Shown: positions 15,786-24,824, counted from the first letter of the stretch. The stretch is DNA of 26,367 nucleotides from Gemmatimonadota bacterium (GCA_040905425.1 JBBDRO010000046.1:4836-31202), one strand, 5' to 3'. Numbers and translations: made by a program. Notes: a model not told the origin generated them from the sequence alone.

Positions 15786-16091
15786 TCAGGAATCGGGCGC
15801 CCGCCGGGTGTAGATCACCCGGAAGCTCAGCATGGCCACGAGCTGGCAGTCCGCGCAATCCTCACCCCCGATTTCCATGCCCGCCACGGGATCGGCCACC
15901 ACCTCGAAGCCCAGCTCCGCGTACAGCTCCATGAGCTCCGCGGCACGCCGGCCGTCAGCCACGCAGCGGCGCTCCCAGCCGTCCGCGAGCCGGGCCGGAT
16001 CGGCGCCGCCGAGTTCGGCGGCCCGAGCCCGGTGCGCCTCCAGGCGGAGGAGTCCCGCCAGCGCCGCTTCCGAACGCTCGCCGGTGGTCAT
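15786..16091 (-). CDS. Small hypothetical protein (101 aa) with CxxC motif
   Basis: Start MTTGERSEA (ATG 16091, 4 nt after the bcrD stop); GWERRC...LYAELGFEV...EDCADC...VIYTRR; fills the gap in the operon. Confidence 0.72.
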   Translation of the reverse strand: MTTGERSEAALAGLLRLEAHRARAAELGGADPARLADGWERRCVADGRRAAELMELYAELGFEVVADPVAGMEIGGEDCADCQLVAMLSFRVIYTRRAPDS

Positions 16092-16095
16092 CGCC

Positions 16096-16950
16096 TCAGG
16101 CCTCCGCCACCAGCGCCTCGCGATCCGCCACGAGCTCGGATGAGGCTCCCTCGCGCGCCAGCTTCTCGAGACGCCGCCGGCCCAGGATGGCGGCGCCGAA
16201 GGCGGAGGTGAACTGCACCAGGTCACCGGCGGGTACGTTGGCCTGGCTGGTCAGCTCCCGGCGGATGACGTCCGCCATCCCCTGGAACCGGAGGATGCCG
16301 CCGATGAGCGTGAACTCGGGCTCCAGGCCCACGCGCTTCATGAGCTGGATGGAGCGGCCCACCAGGGAGACGATGGCGCCATGCATGATGTCCGCGGGCG
16401 CGGCGCCCTGCGAGAGATGATTGATGACCTCCGACTCCGCGAACACGGCGCACACGCCCGAGATGGGGACCTCGGCCTTGGACGTGGCCACCAGCGGTCC
16501 GATCTCCTCCGTGCCGTAGCCCATGTAGCGCGCCGTCTTCTCCAGGAACGCACCGGTCCCGGCGGCGCACTTGTCATTCAACCGGAAGGACTCCACGCGG
16601 GCGCGCTCTCCCAGGCGCGTGGCCTTCATGGTCTGCCCGCCCACGTCCAGGATGGTGCGCGTGGCGGGGAAGAGCGCGCTCGCCCCGCGCGCCCCGGCGG
16701 TCAGATCGGTGACCCGTACGTCCGCGCACTCGGCCTGATGACGCCCGTATCCAGTGGCCACCACGTAGCGTACGTTGGCGCGCTCCAGGCCCGCTTCGGC
16801 GAGTGCCGCGCTGAGCGCCGCCTCGGCGGCCTCGTTCAGGCGGAACCCGGTGGGCTGCATGGCCCTGGCCACGATCCTGTCGGCCGCGTCCAGGACCACG
16901 GCCTTGGTGTAGGTGGAGCCCACGTCGATACCGGCCGTGTAGGTCATCAT
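16096..16950 (-). CDS. bcrD: Benzoyl-CoA reductase ATP-dependent activator subunit (BcrD/BadG/BzdP-like)
   Basis: ASKHA motifs [41 protein letters not shown]; follows the other activator with ATGA overlap. Confidence 0.85.
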   Translation of the reverse strand: MMTYTAGIDVGSTYTKAVVLDAADRIVARAMQPTGFRLNEAAEAALSAALAEAGLERANVRYVVATGYGRHQAECADVRVTDLTAGARGASALFPATRTILDVGGQTMKATRLGERARVESFRLNDKCAAGTGAFLEKTARYMGYGTEEIGPLVATSKAEVPISGVCAVFAESEVINHLSQGAAPADIMHGAIVSLVGRSIQLMKRVGLEPEFTLIGGILRFQGMADVIRRELTSQANVPAGDLVQFTSAFGAAILGRRRLEKLAREGASSELVADREALVAEA

Positions 16951-17762
16951 GCCTCCTGCTCCACGCGCGTGGGAGACCGCCGCCCGAGCACATGGTCGAG
17001 TGCGAAGAGCGCGGCGCCCAGCGCGCCCATGAAATGGGAGTCGTCGCTTACATTCATCTCCACCCCAAGCCGTTCGTTCAGGGTGGCGATCATGGCCTGG
17101 TTGCGGGCCACGCCGCCGGTGAAGGTGACCTCCTCGTTGATGCCCACGCGCCGCAGCAGGCCGGCGGAGCGCGCGGCGATGGACTGGTGCACGCCCAGCA
17201 GGATGTCCTCGATCTTCTTGCCCTTGCCCAGCCAGGACAGGACCTCGGATTCAGCGAACACGGTGCAGGTGGTGCTGATCTTCACGGGGCGCTCCCCGCG
17301 CAGCGCCGTGGCGCCGAGATCCTCCAGCGGGATGTCCAGCGCGCGCGAGGCCGCGCCCAGGAAGCGGCCGGTGCCGGCGGCGCACTTGTCATTCATGCAG
17401 AAGTCCACGATCTCACCCGTGGGGGCCACGCTGATGGCCTTGGTGTCCTGGCCGCCCATGTCCACGACCGTGCGCGTGGCGGGAAACATGTGCACGGCGC
17501 CGCGGCCGTGGCAGCTGATCTCCGTCACCTGCGTGTTGCCGAAGGTCACCTTGTAGCGACCGTAGCCGGTGCCGACCACGTACTCCACCTCCTCCTCCTG
17601 GAGCCCGCCGGCTTCGAGGGCCTGCTGGAAGGCGGTCTCCGCCGCCCGGATCACGTTGGCGCCCGTCTCCACGAGCGCACGGGCCACGATGCGGCGCTCC
17701 TCACTGATGACCACCGCCTTCGTCTGCGTGGAACCCACGTCCACTCCGGCTGCGTATGCCAT
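16947..17762 (-). CDS. bcrA: Benzoyl-CoA reductase ATP-dependent activator subunit (short BcrA/BadF/BzdQ-like)
   Basis: [66 protein letters not shown]. Confidence 0.87.
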   Translation of the reverse strand: MAYAAGVDVGSTQTKAVVISEERRIVARALVETGANVIRAAETAFQQALEAGGLQEEEVEYVVGTGYGRYKVTFGNTQVTEISCHGRGAVHMFPATRTVVDMGGQDTKAISVAPTGEIVDFCMNDKCAAGTGRFLGAASRALDIPLEDLGATALRGERPVKISTTCTVFAESEVLSWLGKGKKIEDILLGVHQSIAARSAGLLRRVGINEEVTFTGGVARNQAMIATLNERLGVEMNVSDDSHFMGALGAALFALDHVLGRRSPTRVEQEA

Positions 17763-17770
17763 GCCGCCTC

Positions 17771-19063
17771 CTAGGCCAGGACCGCCTGCTGTCTGCGTGA
17801 TGCGAGGCCTTCGAAGAAGGCGTCGATGCGATTCTTGAGCTGCGCCTCCGAGACCACCCGCCGATCCATCATGTCGGACTCGATGAAGAGGCTGGCGATG
17901 TCGGCCCGGGCCATCACCGCACGGCGATTGTCGGCCAGGCCGGTGGACACGGTGCGGCAGCTCTTGATGGGGTGGTAGACAATGCCGTCGGCGTCCATGT
18001 CCGCGTACATCTGGATGAGCGCGTCCGTCTGGAAGAACATGCTGTCCATGGCGTCCCGCACGCCCAGCAGCAGACCGTCGGCCAGGCTCTCCAGCGGCCG
18101 GTCCAGGTCATACTGGTAGCCGCGGTTGGCGCCGCCGGACGCGAACCAGAGGTAGGTGGAGGCCACGAAGGTGCCGCCCCACTCGCTGAACAGCTCGTCG
18201 AAGCGCCGGAAAATGGGATAGCAGGGAACGCCCACGAACAGCAGGCGATACTGCTCCTCGGTCAGCGTGCCGATGCCGGCGTCCCGCTTGTACTCCATCT
18301 CCTCGACCAGCTCCTCGAAGAAGCGGGCGCCCTCCGGCGTACCACGCAGGGTGTTGGACACCCCCAGGTAGATGGTGCCGTCGGTGAGTGCGTTGAAGAG
18401 GGAGGGACGCGCCGCGTTCAGCTCCAGTACCCGCTTCCAGCCCCGGTTCATGGTGTTCACGTGGCGCATGTGCTCGCGCAGGCGATCAACGTCGAACCGC
18501 ACGCCGCTGATGCGTTCCAGTTCCGGAATGAGCTCCCGGATCTGCGCCAGCACGTAGCGGCGATCGTTGACCAGCTCGGGGTCGTTCGGGCCGCGCGGGC
18601 CGGCGGAGCGTCCGCCCGGCACGTCCAGCGTGAACGTGGGCGTGCCATACATCCGCTCCCAGATCTCCGCCCACTTGATGTAGGTGTTGCAGGCGTTGGT
18701 GTAGACCGCGAGCGCGGGCTTGGGAACCTGACCCATGGGCAGCTTGCCGCCGCGCAGCTGGGTGGCCACGTCCGCCTTCACGTAGCCGCAGATATCCGGC
18801 GAATAGCCGTAGTCCTCCGCCTCGTTCAGATAGTCGTGCGCGGCGTGCCGCACGGCCGTCTGCAGGGAGTTGATCTCCGGGAAGACAATGGGAAAGTCGA
18901 AGCAACGCAGCAGCTCGGCCATGCTGCCCATGACAAAGACATAGGCCCCGCCGCGCTCCTCTTCCGCCGCCCGCGTGAGGTCGGCGAACCATTCCCGGAA
19001 CAGGCGCGCGCCCTCGGCATTGCCGCGGCCCACGAGCTTGGAAGCCGAATCGGTATGGGGCAT
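17771..19063 (-). CDS. bcrB: Benzoyl-CoA reductase subunit B (BcrB/BadE/BzdO; 2-hydroxyacyl-CoA dehydratase family)
   Basis: [51 protein letters not shown]...KNRIDAFF; context of dch/had/oah. ATG 19063 preferred (AAGGAG RBS); GTG 19069 is an alternative. Confidence 0.88.
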   Translation of the reverse strand: MPHTDSASKLVGRGNAEGARLFREWFADLTRAAEEERGGAYVFVMGSMAELLRCFDFPIVFPEINSLQTAVRHAAHDYLNEAEDYGYSPDICGYVKADVATQLRGGKLPMGQVPKPALAVYTNACNTYIKWAEIWERMYGTPTFTLDVPGGRSAGPRGPNDPELVNDRRYVLAQIRELIPELERISGVRFDVDRLREHMRHVNTMNRGWKRVLELNAARPSLFNALTDGTIYLGVSNTLRGTPEGARFFEELVEEMEYKRDAGIGTLTEEQYRLLFVGVPCYPIFRRFDELFSEWGGTFVASTYLWFASGGANRGYQYDLDRPLESLADGLLLGVRDAMDSMFFQTDALIQMYADMDADGIVYHPIKSCRTVSTGLADNRRAVMARADIASLFIESDMMDRRVVSEAQLKNRIDAFFEGLASRRQQAVLA

Positions 19064-19090
19064 CAGCACGTCTCCTTGGCGGTGCGCATG

Positions 19091-20260
19091 TCAGTCGAAC
19101 ATCAGGTTCTCGACGAACGTCTCGAGCTGGATCTCGAGGTGGTCGAAGCTGGTCATGTTCTCCTCGAATTCGCTCACGAAGTACGGGACGCCGGCCTCAT
19201 TCAGGCCATGGACGTACGTGACCTGCTCCTCCAGTCCGGGCTCACACATCTTGGCGGCCGTAATGATGGCCGCGCTCGCGTCCGCGTTCCGGATGCGTTC
19301 CAGCAGCATGGTTTCCTTGGGCTTGCGCAGATCGTGCTGCACCGGGCTGTAGGAGGATGACTCCAGATAGGCGGTGGCCAGCGCCAGGAGCGGATCCCCA
19401 CCCGCGTCCACGTCCTCCAGGATCCAGCGGAGCCCGATGAGGAGGTCATCGTCCACCACGTAGCAGGACCGAGCGATGGCGCGGATCAGGTCCAGCGGCG
19501 GTTGCTCGCAGAAGCCGCCCTCGAAGACCACGCGGATACGGTCCAGCTTGCGGGCGTCGCGGGCGCGGAGCAGGGGGATGGCCTGGCGCAGCAGCGCGTT
19601 GTGCTCCTCGCGTGGCAGGAGCCCGCCCAGCGCCACGAAGATGTAGACCTCGTCGGCGGCGGCCAGCCAGGGGGTTTCCCGCTTCATGGCGTAGAGCTCG
19701 CGGAGCAGGGCCCGGTTCTCGTTGAACACCGCGATCGAATTGCGCAGATCGTCTTCGCTGACGGTGCGACCGGCCACCGCCTCCACGTCCCCGAGCAGGC
19801 GCGCGTACTCGCCGCGCAGGTAGGCGGGGGCGTGCGCCGAGGCCGCGTTCTGCGGCAGGTAGAGGATCTGGCACTTGTAGTCGGCGCTCCGGCCCCAGAT
19901 GCCGGCCAGGTTGCGGGCGGCGTCGCAGATGGGATGCGTGATGAACATGTCCAGCTCCACCCGGCCGCTGAGCGCCAGCTCCAGGGAGGTCTTCAGGATG
20001 GAGCAGAGGTAGGAGCCGAAGCGCGAGTCGGCCTGCAGTGCCTCGACCGGTGCGCCCCGGACCCTGAAGGGCAGCATTCCCGCGGCGTGCACGAGCTCCT
20101 CCGGGAAGTACACCTGGAAGTGGCCGGCCACCTTGCCGCCGGCCTCGCGCCAGCGCCGCACGGTTGGAAAATCAGTATCCTCGAGCAGCTCACGGCAGGT
20201 GTAGAGCAGTTCGTCGAGCGGCTTGTCCCGCCACTCCGGAAATACGGGCACGGAAGTCAT
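19091..20260 (-). CDS. bcrC: Benzoyl-CoA reductase subunit C (BcrC/BadD/BzdN)
   Basis: [67 protein letters not shown]; coupled to dch. Confidence 0.9.
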   Translation of the reverse strand: MTSVPVFPEWRDKPLDELLYTCRELLEDTDFPTVRRWREAGGKVAGHFQVYFPEELVHAAGMLPFRVRGAPVEALQADSRFGSYLCSILKTSLELALSGRVELDMFITHPICDAARNLAGIWGRSADYKCQILYLPQNAASAHAPAYLRGEYARLLGDVEAVAGRTVSEDDLRNSIAVFNENRALLRELYAMKRETPWLAAADEVYIFVALGGLLPREEHNALLRQAIPLLRARDARKLDRIRVVFEGGFCEQPPLDLIRAIARSCYVVDDDLLIGLRWILEDVDAGGDPLLALATAYLESSSYSPVQHDLRKPKETMLLERIRNADASAAIITAAKMCEPGLEEQVTYVHGLNEAGVPYFVSEFEENMTSFDHLEIQLETFVENLMFD

Positions 20261-21012
20261 CGGTGGCTCCAGGCCGGAGAGCGCTTCTCCACGAAGGCGG
20301 TGAGCCCCTCCAGGGCGTCCTCCGTGGCCATCAGGTCATCCAGGTAGACGGAGGCGGCGTGCTCGAGGCCACCGCCCGCGTCCAGGGCCGCGGCGCCGCG
20401 CAGCGCACGCTTGGCCGCGCGCAGCGCCGCGCCGCTGTGGCGGGCCATGCGGCCGGCCAGCTCCAGCGCGTGCGCCTCCACCTCCCCGTCCGCCACCACG
20501 CGGCGCACGAGCCCCGCGGCGGCGGCGGCGGTGGCGTCCAGATTGTCCCCGGTGAAGATCAGTTCGGCGGCCAGGGCACCACCGGTGAGGGCGGGCAGCA
20601 GCGCGCAGGCGGCAGGAGGGAAGACGCCCAGGCGGATCTCCGGGAGCCCGAAGACGGCGCTCCGGCCCGCCACCACCACATCCGCGGTCTGCGCCACCTC
20701 GAAGCCACCGCCCAGGCAGCGGCCACGCACGACGGCAATGACCGGCAGGGGGAACTCGTGCAGAGCGCGGATGGTCTGGGTGAACTCCGGAATCATGTCC
20801 CGGAAGTGGGGCGGCAGGTGCTCCTGGACAGCGGCGCCGGCGGAGAAGTGGGGGCCCTCCGCAGCCACGACCAGCACACGGAGCAGGGGCTCCGCGGCAA
20901 GCTCGTCGAGGCACTGCCGCATCTCCGCCAGCACCGCTCGGTTCAGGATGTTGAGCGGTGGGTCGGCCAGCGTGAGCCGGCCGATCCCTCCCTCGAACGC
21001 TGTCTCCACCAT
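20257..21012 (-). CDS. dch: Cyclohexa-1,5-diene-1-carbonyl-CoA hydratase (crotonase family)
   Basis: [64 protein letters not shown]; immediately upstream of bcrC. Confidence 0.88.
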   Translation of the reverse strand: MVETAFEGGIGRLTLADPPLNILNRAVLAEMRQCLDELAAEPLLRVLVVAAEGPHFSAGAAVQEHLPPHFRDMIPEFTQTIRALHEFPLPVIAVVRGRCLGGGFEVAQTADVVVAGRSAVFGLPEIRLGVFPPAACALLPALTGGALAAELIFTGDNLDATAAAAAGLVRRVVADGEVEAHALELAGRMARHSGAALRAAKRALRGAAALDAGGGLEHAASVYLDDLMATEDALEGLTAFVEKRSPAWSHR

Positions 21013-21025
21013 GGACCCTCCGCCG

Positions 21026-21772
21026 CTAGATGTACTGGCCGCCGTCCACCCGGATCACCTCGCCCGTTACCTGGCTTGCCAGGTCGGAGCAGAGGAAGAG
21101 CACCGCGTTGGCCACGTCCTCCGGCTCCGTGGGCCGGGTCAGCACCGCCTCCGCCGCCGCCGCGCGCAGCACCTCCGCCGGCAGGGCGCGCGTGAGCTCC
21201 GTGCGCACCAGCCCCGGCGCCACCGCGTTCACCGTCACGCCGAAGGCGCCCGCCTCGCGCGCCAGCGACTTGGTAAGACCGATCATGCCCGCCTTGGACG
21301 CCGCGTAGTTGGCCTGGCCGAACTTGCCCCGCAGGCCGTTGATGGAGGCAATGTTGACGATGCGCCCGCCCCCGCCCGCCCGGAGCGCCGGCAGGGCAGC
21401 CCGGGCATAGGCAAAGCAACCCTTCAGGTTGACGTCCAGCACCTCGTCCCACTCCGTTTCGGCCATCTTCCACGACACCCGGTCCCGCACCACCCCGGCC
21501 GCGCACACCAGGCTGTGCAGACCGCCGAGCGTGGCCACCGCTTCGGCCACCACGTCCCGGGCGCGCTCCAGGTCACGGACATCCGCCTCCAGGGGCAGGG
21601 CCCGCCGCCCGGCACGCGTCACCTCTGCCGCCACGGCCGCCGCCCTGGCCCCGTCACGGTCCACGAGAACCACATCGGCGTCCGCGGCAGCGAGCCGCCG
21701 GGCGATGGCGCCGCCGATCCCGCCCCCGGCGCCGGTCACGAGCGCCACCCGCCCGGCCAGGCTCAGCTCCAC
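21026..21772 (-). CDS. Short-chain dehydrogenase/reductase (FabG/3-hydroxyacyl-CoA dehydrogenase-like)
   Basis: TGAGGGIG, NIASING, catalytic YAASK, VNAVAPG, TGEVIRVDGG; GTG start. Confidence 0.88.
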   Translation of the reverse strand: MELSLAGRVALVTGAGGGIGGAIARRLAAADADVVLVDRDGARAAAVAAEVTRAGRRALPLEADVRDLERARDVVAEAVATLGGLHSLVCAAGVVRDRVSWKMAETEWDEVLDVNLKGCFAYARAALPALRAGGGGRIVNIASINGLRGKFGQANYAASKAGMIGLTKSLAREAGAFGVTVNAVAPGLVRTELTRALPAEVLRAAAAEAVLTRPTEPEDVANAVLFLCSDLASQVTGEVIRVDGGQYI

Positions 21773-21782
21773 GCGAGGGACC

Positions 21783-22901
21783 TCACACGCCCGCCGCCGG
21801 GACGGACTCGGCTGCGGTCCGGTACTGGGGCGAGACCGCGCGCTCCAGCTCCTCGTTCCACGGATGGCCCTCAGCCAGCATCTGACGGAGCTTCACGAAG
21901 TCCACTTCCCGATTGCCCTTGGGACCTTCGTTGAAGGCCCGGAAGCCTACTTTGCCCTCCGTCATCATGTTCAGGCCCAGCCACTCCCGGTTGGTGATGG
22001 CGTTCAGGTCCCAGTGCCGCTGCTTGTGCTTGCGCAGGCTGTTGATGGTCTTGGTGGTACAGTCGGGCATGAGCATGAGCAGCCGCGTGCAGAGACGGTC
22101 CACCGCCGCGTCCAGACCGGACAGATCGGTCTCCGTCCTGGCCAGGGTACGGCGCGCCTCCGCGGCCGCTTCGCCGGTGTGGAAGTCCCCGTAGATCAGG
22201 CGGCCGAACGGGTCCAGGAAGCGGTCGGTGACCACCAGCGGATTGGGAATCCACGCCCCGTCCAGTTTCAGCACGGGCTCCACTTCATTGATCAGTCCAA
22301 TGAAATGCGCGCGATGGGCGCTCCACATGTCGCACAGCACGCCACTCTCCATGGCGCGCCCGAAACCCACGTACAGCGGCAGGAAATCCGTGGATCCGCC
22401 GTCCGGTGCCGAGCCGTGCCGCGGGCCGGCCTGACCGAACACGGCCGTGTCCGCCGCCACGCTGAAGTCGCACGCCATGCCGATCTCCTGCCCGCCGGCT
22501 ATGCGCATGCCGTTCACCCGGTTGATCACCGGTTTGTCACAGCGCAGGATGGCGTCGATCATGTCATTGAAGAGACGCATGTACTGCTTGTACTCCTGCG
22601 GATTGCCCGCGTAGTACTCCGCGTACTCCTTGGTATTGCCACCGGTGCAGAAGGCGCGCTCGCCCACGGCCGTGAAGACCACGGCCACCACCCGGCGATC
22701 CATGCTGGCCTGCCGGAAGGCCAGGATGACCTCCTTCACGGCATCCGTGGTGTAGCTGTTGAACTGCGCGGGGTTGTCGAGCACGATCCAGGCGTTGTGG
22801 AGCCCCTCGGCCACCGTGCCGTCGGGGGCCACGGCGGGGCGGAGCTCGTAGCCGATCTCGGTGAAGCTCTGTTCGGGTACGAGCGTGTGACTCTTCAGCA
22901 T
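21783..22901 (-). CDS. oah: 6-oxocyclohex-1-ene-1-carbonyl-CoA hydrolase (ring-cleaving; Oah/BamA/BzdY)
   Basis: Start MLKSHTL (GAGGAGG RBS); diagnostic LDNPAQFNSYTT, AFCTGGNTKEYAEYYAGNPQEY, VNGMRIAGGQEIGMACD, GQAGPRHGSAPDGGSTDFLP, REWLGLNMMTE. Confidence 0.96.
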   Translation of the reverse strand: MLKSHTLVPEQSFTEIGYELRPAVAPDGTVAEGLHNAWIVLDNPAQFNSYTTDAVKEVILAFRQASMDRRVVAVVFTAVGERAFCTGGNTKEYAEYYAGNPQEYKQYMRLFNDMIDAILRCDKPVINRVNGMRIAGGQEIGMACDFSVAADTAVFGQAGPRHGSAPDGGSTDFLPLYVGFGRAMESGVLCDMWSAHRAHFIGLINEVEPVLKLDGAWIPNPLVVTDRFLDPFGRLIYGDFHTGEAAAEARRTLARTETDLSGLDAAVDRLCTRLLMLMPDCTTKTINSLRKHKQRHWDLNAITNREWLGLNMMTEGKVGFRAFNEGPKGNREVDFVKLRQMLAEGHPWNEELERAVSPQYRTAAESVPAAGV

Positions 22902-22911
22902 GGCAGCCTCC

Positions 22912-23964
22912 TCAGGTACCGGCGGGGACCAGCACGGCGCGCCGGTCGATTTCGTGATCCGCAACGGCCCGCAGGACCTCGGCGCCGTCGTGCAGTGGGT
23001 AGGTACGGACGAAGGGGCGGACGGCCACGCGGCCGCTGGTGACCAGCTCCAGCGCGGCGGGGTAGAGCTCGGGCAGGCAGCCCCACGTGCCCTGCGCCGT
23101 GGCGTCGAAGGCCATGAGGTTGCTCAGCCGCAGGTTCACCCGGGCCATGGTGAAGCCCACCACCATGAGCGTGGCCGCGTGGTTGAGCAGCCCGAAGGCG
23201 GTCTCCTGCCCGGCCGGGTGGCCCGAGCACTCGAAGATCTTCCAGCCGTGGTCGGGGCAGCCCCACGCCCCTGCTGCCTCCTTCACGCGGCCCCGTAGCT
23301 CCTTGAAATCCAGCGCGGAGGAGTCCAGCGTGAGCCGGGCACCATGCGCCGCGACCGCTTCCAGACGTGTGGCATCCACATCCACGGCCACCACGTGGGC
23401 CCCCAGCGCCGCCGCGATCTGCACGGCGTAGGTGCCCACGCCGCCCACCCCCACCACCACTGCCAGGTCACCGGCGGCCAGCCCGCTCCGCACCACCGCC
23501 TGGTAGGGGGTGGTCACCGCGTCGGCGATCACCGCCAGCTCGGCCAGCTCCAGGCCGCCGCGCTCGTCCACCATGCACAGGCCACGCAGCGGCACGCGCA
23601 CGAAGTCGGCAAAGCCTCCGTCCATGTCATTGCCCGGCATGAGCTGCCGGCGGCAGGCGTTGCCGCGGCCGGATGTGCACAGGGCGCAATTGCCGCACGG
23701 AATGACGGCGGGCACGATGACCTCCCGTCCCACCAGGTGCTCCGCCGCGCGGCTTGCTTCCACCACCACGCCGGCGATCTCGTGCCCGAGCGTGAGCGGG
23801 AGCGGCTTGCGCGTGGCCACGCCGTCCCGCCAGAACCCCACGTCGGTATGGCAGACGCCACAGCCCGCCACCTCGACCAGGACGTCCCCGGGGCCCGGCT
23901 CCGGCCGGGCCACGTTGCACAACTCCAGCGGTCCGCCCGGTACCGTCAACTGCAATGCCCGCAT
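22912..23964 (-). CDS. had: 6-hydroxycyclohex-1-ene-1-carbonyl-CoA dehydrogenase (Zn-ADH; Had/BamQ/BzdX)
   Basis: Start MRALQLT (GAGGAGG RBS); GCGVCHTD, LGHEI, PAVIPCGNCALC, MPGNDMDGGFA, ADAVTTPYQA, KIFECSG, RLSNLMAFDA, WGCLPELYP. Confidence 0.95.
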   Translation of the reverse strand: MRALQLTVPGGPLELCNVARPEPGPGDVLVEVAGCGVCHTDVGFWRDGVATRKPLPLTLGHEIAGVVVEASRAAEHLVGREVIVPAVIPCGNCALCTSGRGNACRRQLMPGNDMDGGFADFVRVPLRGLCMVDERGGLELAELAVIADAVTTPYQAVVRSGLAAGDLAVVVGVGGVGTYAVQIAAALGAHVVAVDVDATRLEAVAAHGARLTLDSSALDFKELRGRVKEAAGAWGCPDHGWKIFECSGHPAGQETAFGLLNHAATLMVVGFTMARVNLRLSNLMAFDATAQGTWGCLPELYPAALELVTSGRVAVRPFVRTYPLHDGAEVLRAVADHEIDRRAVLVPAGT

Positions 23965-24025
23965 GCCCTCCTCCCGTCCACACATGGTCGGCCGCGCCCG
24001 CCGCGGCCCCTCGATGCCTGCCGGC

Positions 24026-24679
24026 TCAGCGGTAGAGCCCGCCCAGCAGATAGTCCGCGAACTGCTCGCCGAGCTCCGTACCGGTCATGCGCCCGTCCGG
24101 CCGGTACCAACGCGCAATCCAGTTGACCGCACCGAGGATGGCAAACACCGCCACCTTCGGATCCGCCGCGCGGAACACGCCGAGCGCCACACCGTCGGCA
24201 ATGAGGTCCCGCAGAACGCGCTCGTAGGCGTCGCGGCCGGCCACGATCTCCGCCCGCCGCTCCGCCGACAGCGCGGGCACCTCGAAGGCCAGCGGCGAGC
24301 CCTCCAGCGTCTCGGTCATCACCCGCACGTGCTCACGGATAAGGAAAGCCAGCCGCTCAGCCGGCCCGTCACAGCACTCGAGCGAGGCCGAGATGAGGCG
24401 CTCCAGCTCCGCCAGCGATTCCCGGTGGCAGGCGTAGAGGATGGCGTCCTTGTCCGGGAAGTAGTGGTAGAGCGCCGCCTTCCGGATGCCGATCCGCTCC
24501 GCGATGCCCTCGAGCGTGGCGGTGTGGAAGCCTTGCTCGCGCACCTCGGCCAGCGCGGCATGCAGGATCTCCTCACGCCGTCGGGCGCGCTTGGCCTGCA
24601 CGTGGGCGCTGGCGGAAGTCGGCGCGGAGCGCGAACCGCTCGCCGCCCGCGAACCACTCCCCGCAGAAGTTATACTCAT
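24026..24679 (-). CDS. TetR-family regulator (KstR2/PaaR-like) heading the benzoyl-CoA operon
   Basis: HTH GFHTATLEGIAERIGIRKAALYHYFPDKDAIL; C-terminal ILGAVNWIARWYRPDG. Start uncertain (low-complexity N-terminus). Confidence 0.88.
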   Translation of the reverse strand: MSITSAGSGSRAASGSRSAPTSASAHVQAKRARRREEILHAALAEVREQGFHTATLEGIAERIGIRKAALYHYFPDKDAILYACHRESLAELERLISASLECCDGPAERLAFLIREHVRVMTETLEGSPLAFEVPALSAERRAEIVAGRDAYERVLRDLIADGVALGVFRAADPKVAVFAILGAVNWIARWYRPDGRMTGTELGEQFADYLLGGLYR

Positions 24680-24706
24680 GAGTCGAAAATTGAACGTTGA
24701 GTCGAA
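24670..24706. promoter_or_regulatory. Putative tandem TetR operator
   Basis: TGAGTCGAA occurs at 24679-24687 and 24698-24706; the first copy lies in the near-palindrome TTATACTCATGAGTCGAA spanning the tetR ATG. Confidence 0.55.
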
Positions 24707-24824
24707 TTAATGCAAGGATGTTGACCGAGAGGGTCAAGGGGCGGGGAATCAGAAGGGTTGCTCCGGGAACGGTAACGATGGTATTTATCATTACGGCATG
24801 ATCGATTTTTATCCAGGAGGACCG

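Noticed and set aside
16096..20260. 2-hydroxyacyl-CoA dehydratase (HgdAB/FldBC plus activator) as the identity of the four-gene block
   Set aside because: Same superfamily, but two distinct activator genes and direct coupling to dch, oah and had favour an aryl-CoA reductase.
17972..24700. Long plus-strand ORFs (17972..19360, 20411..21934, 21429..23042, 23510..24700)
   Set aside because: Antisense shadows of bcrB/C, dch, SDR, oah, had and tetR with no recognisable domains.
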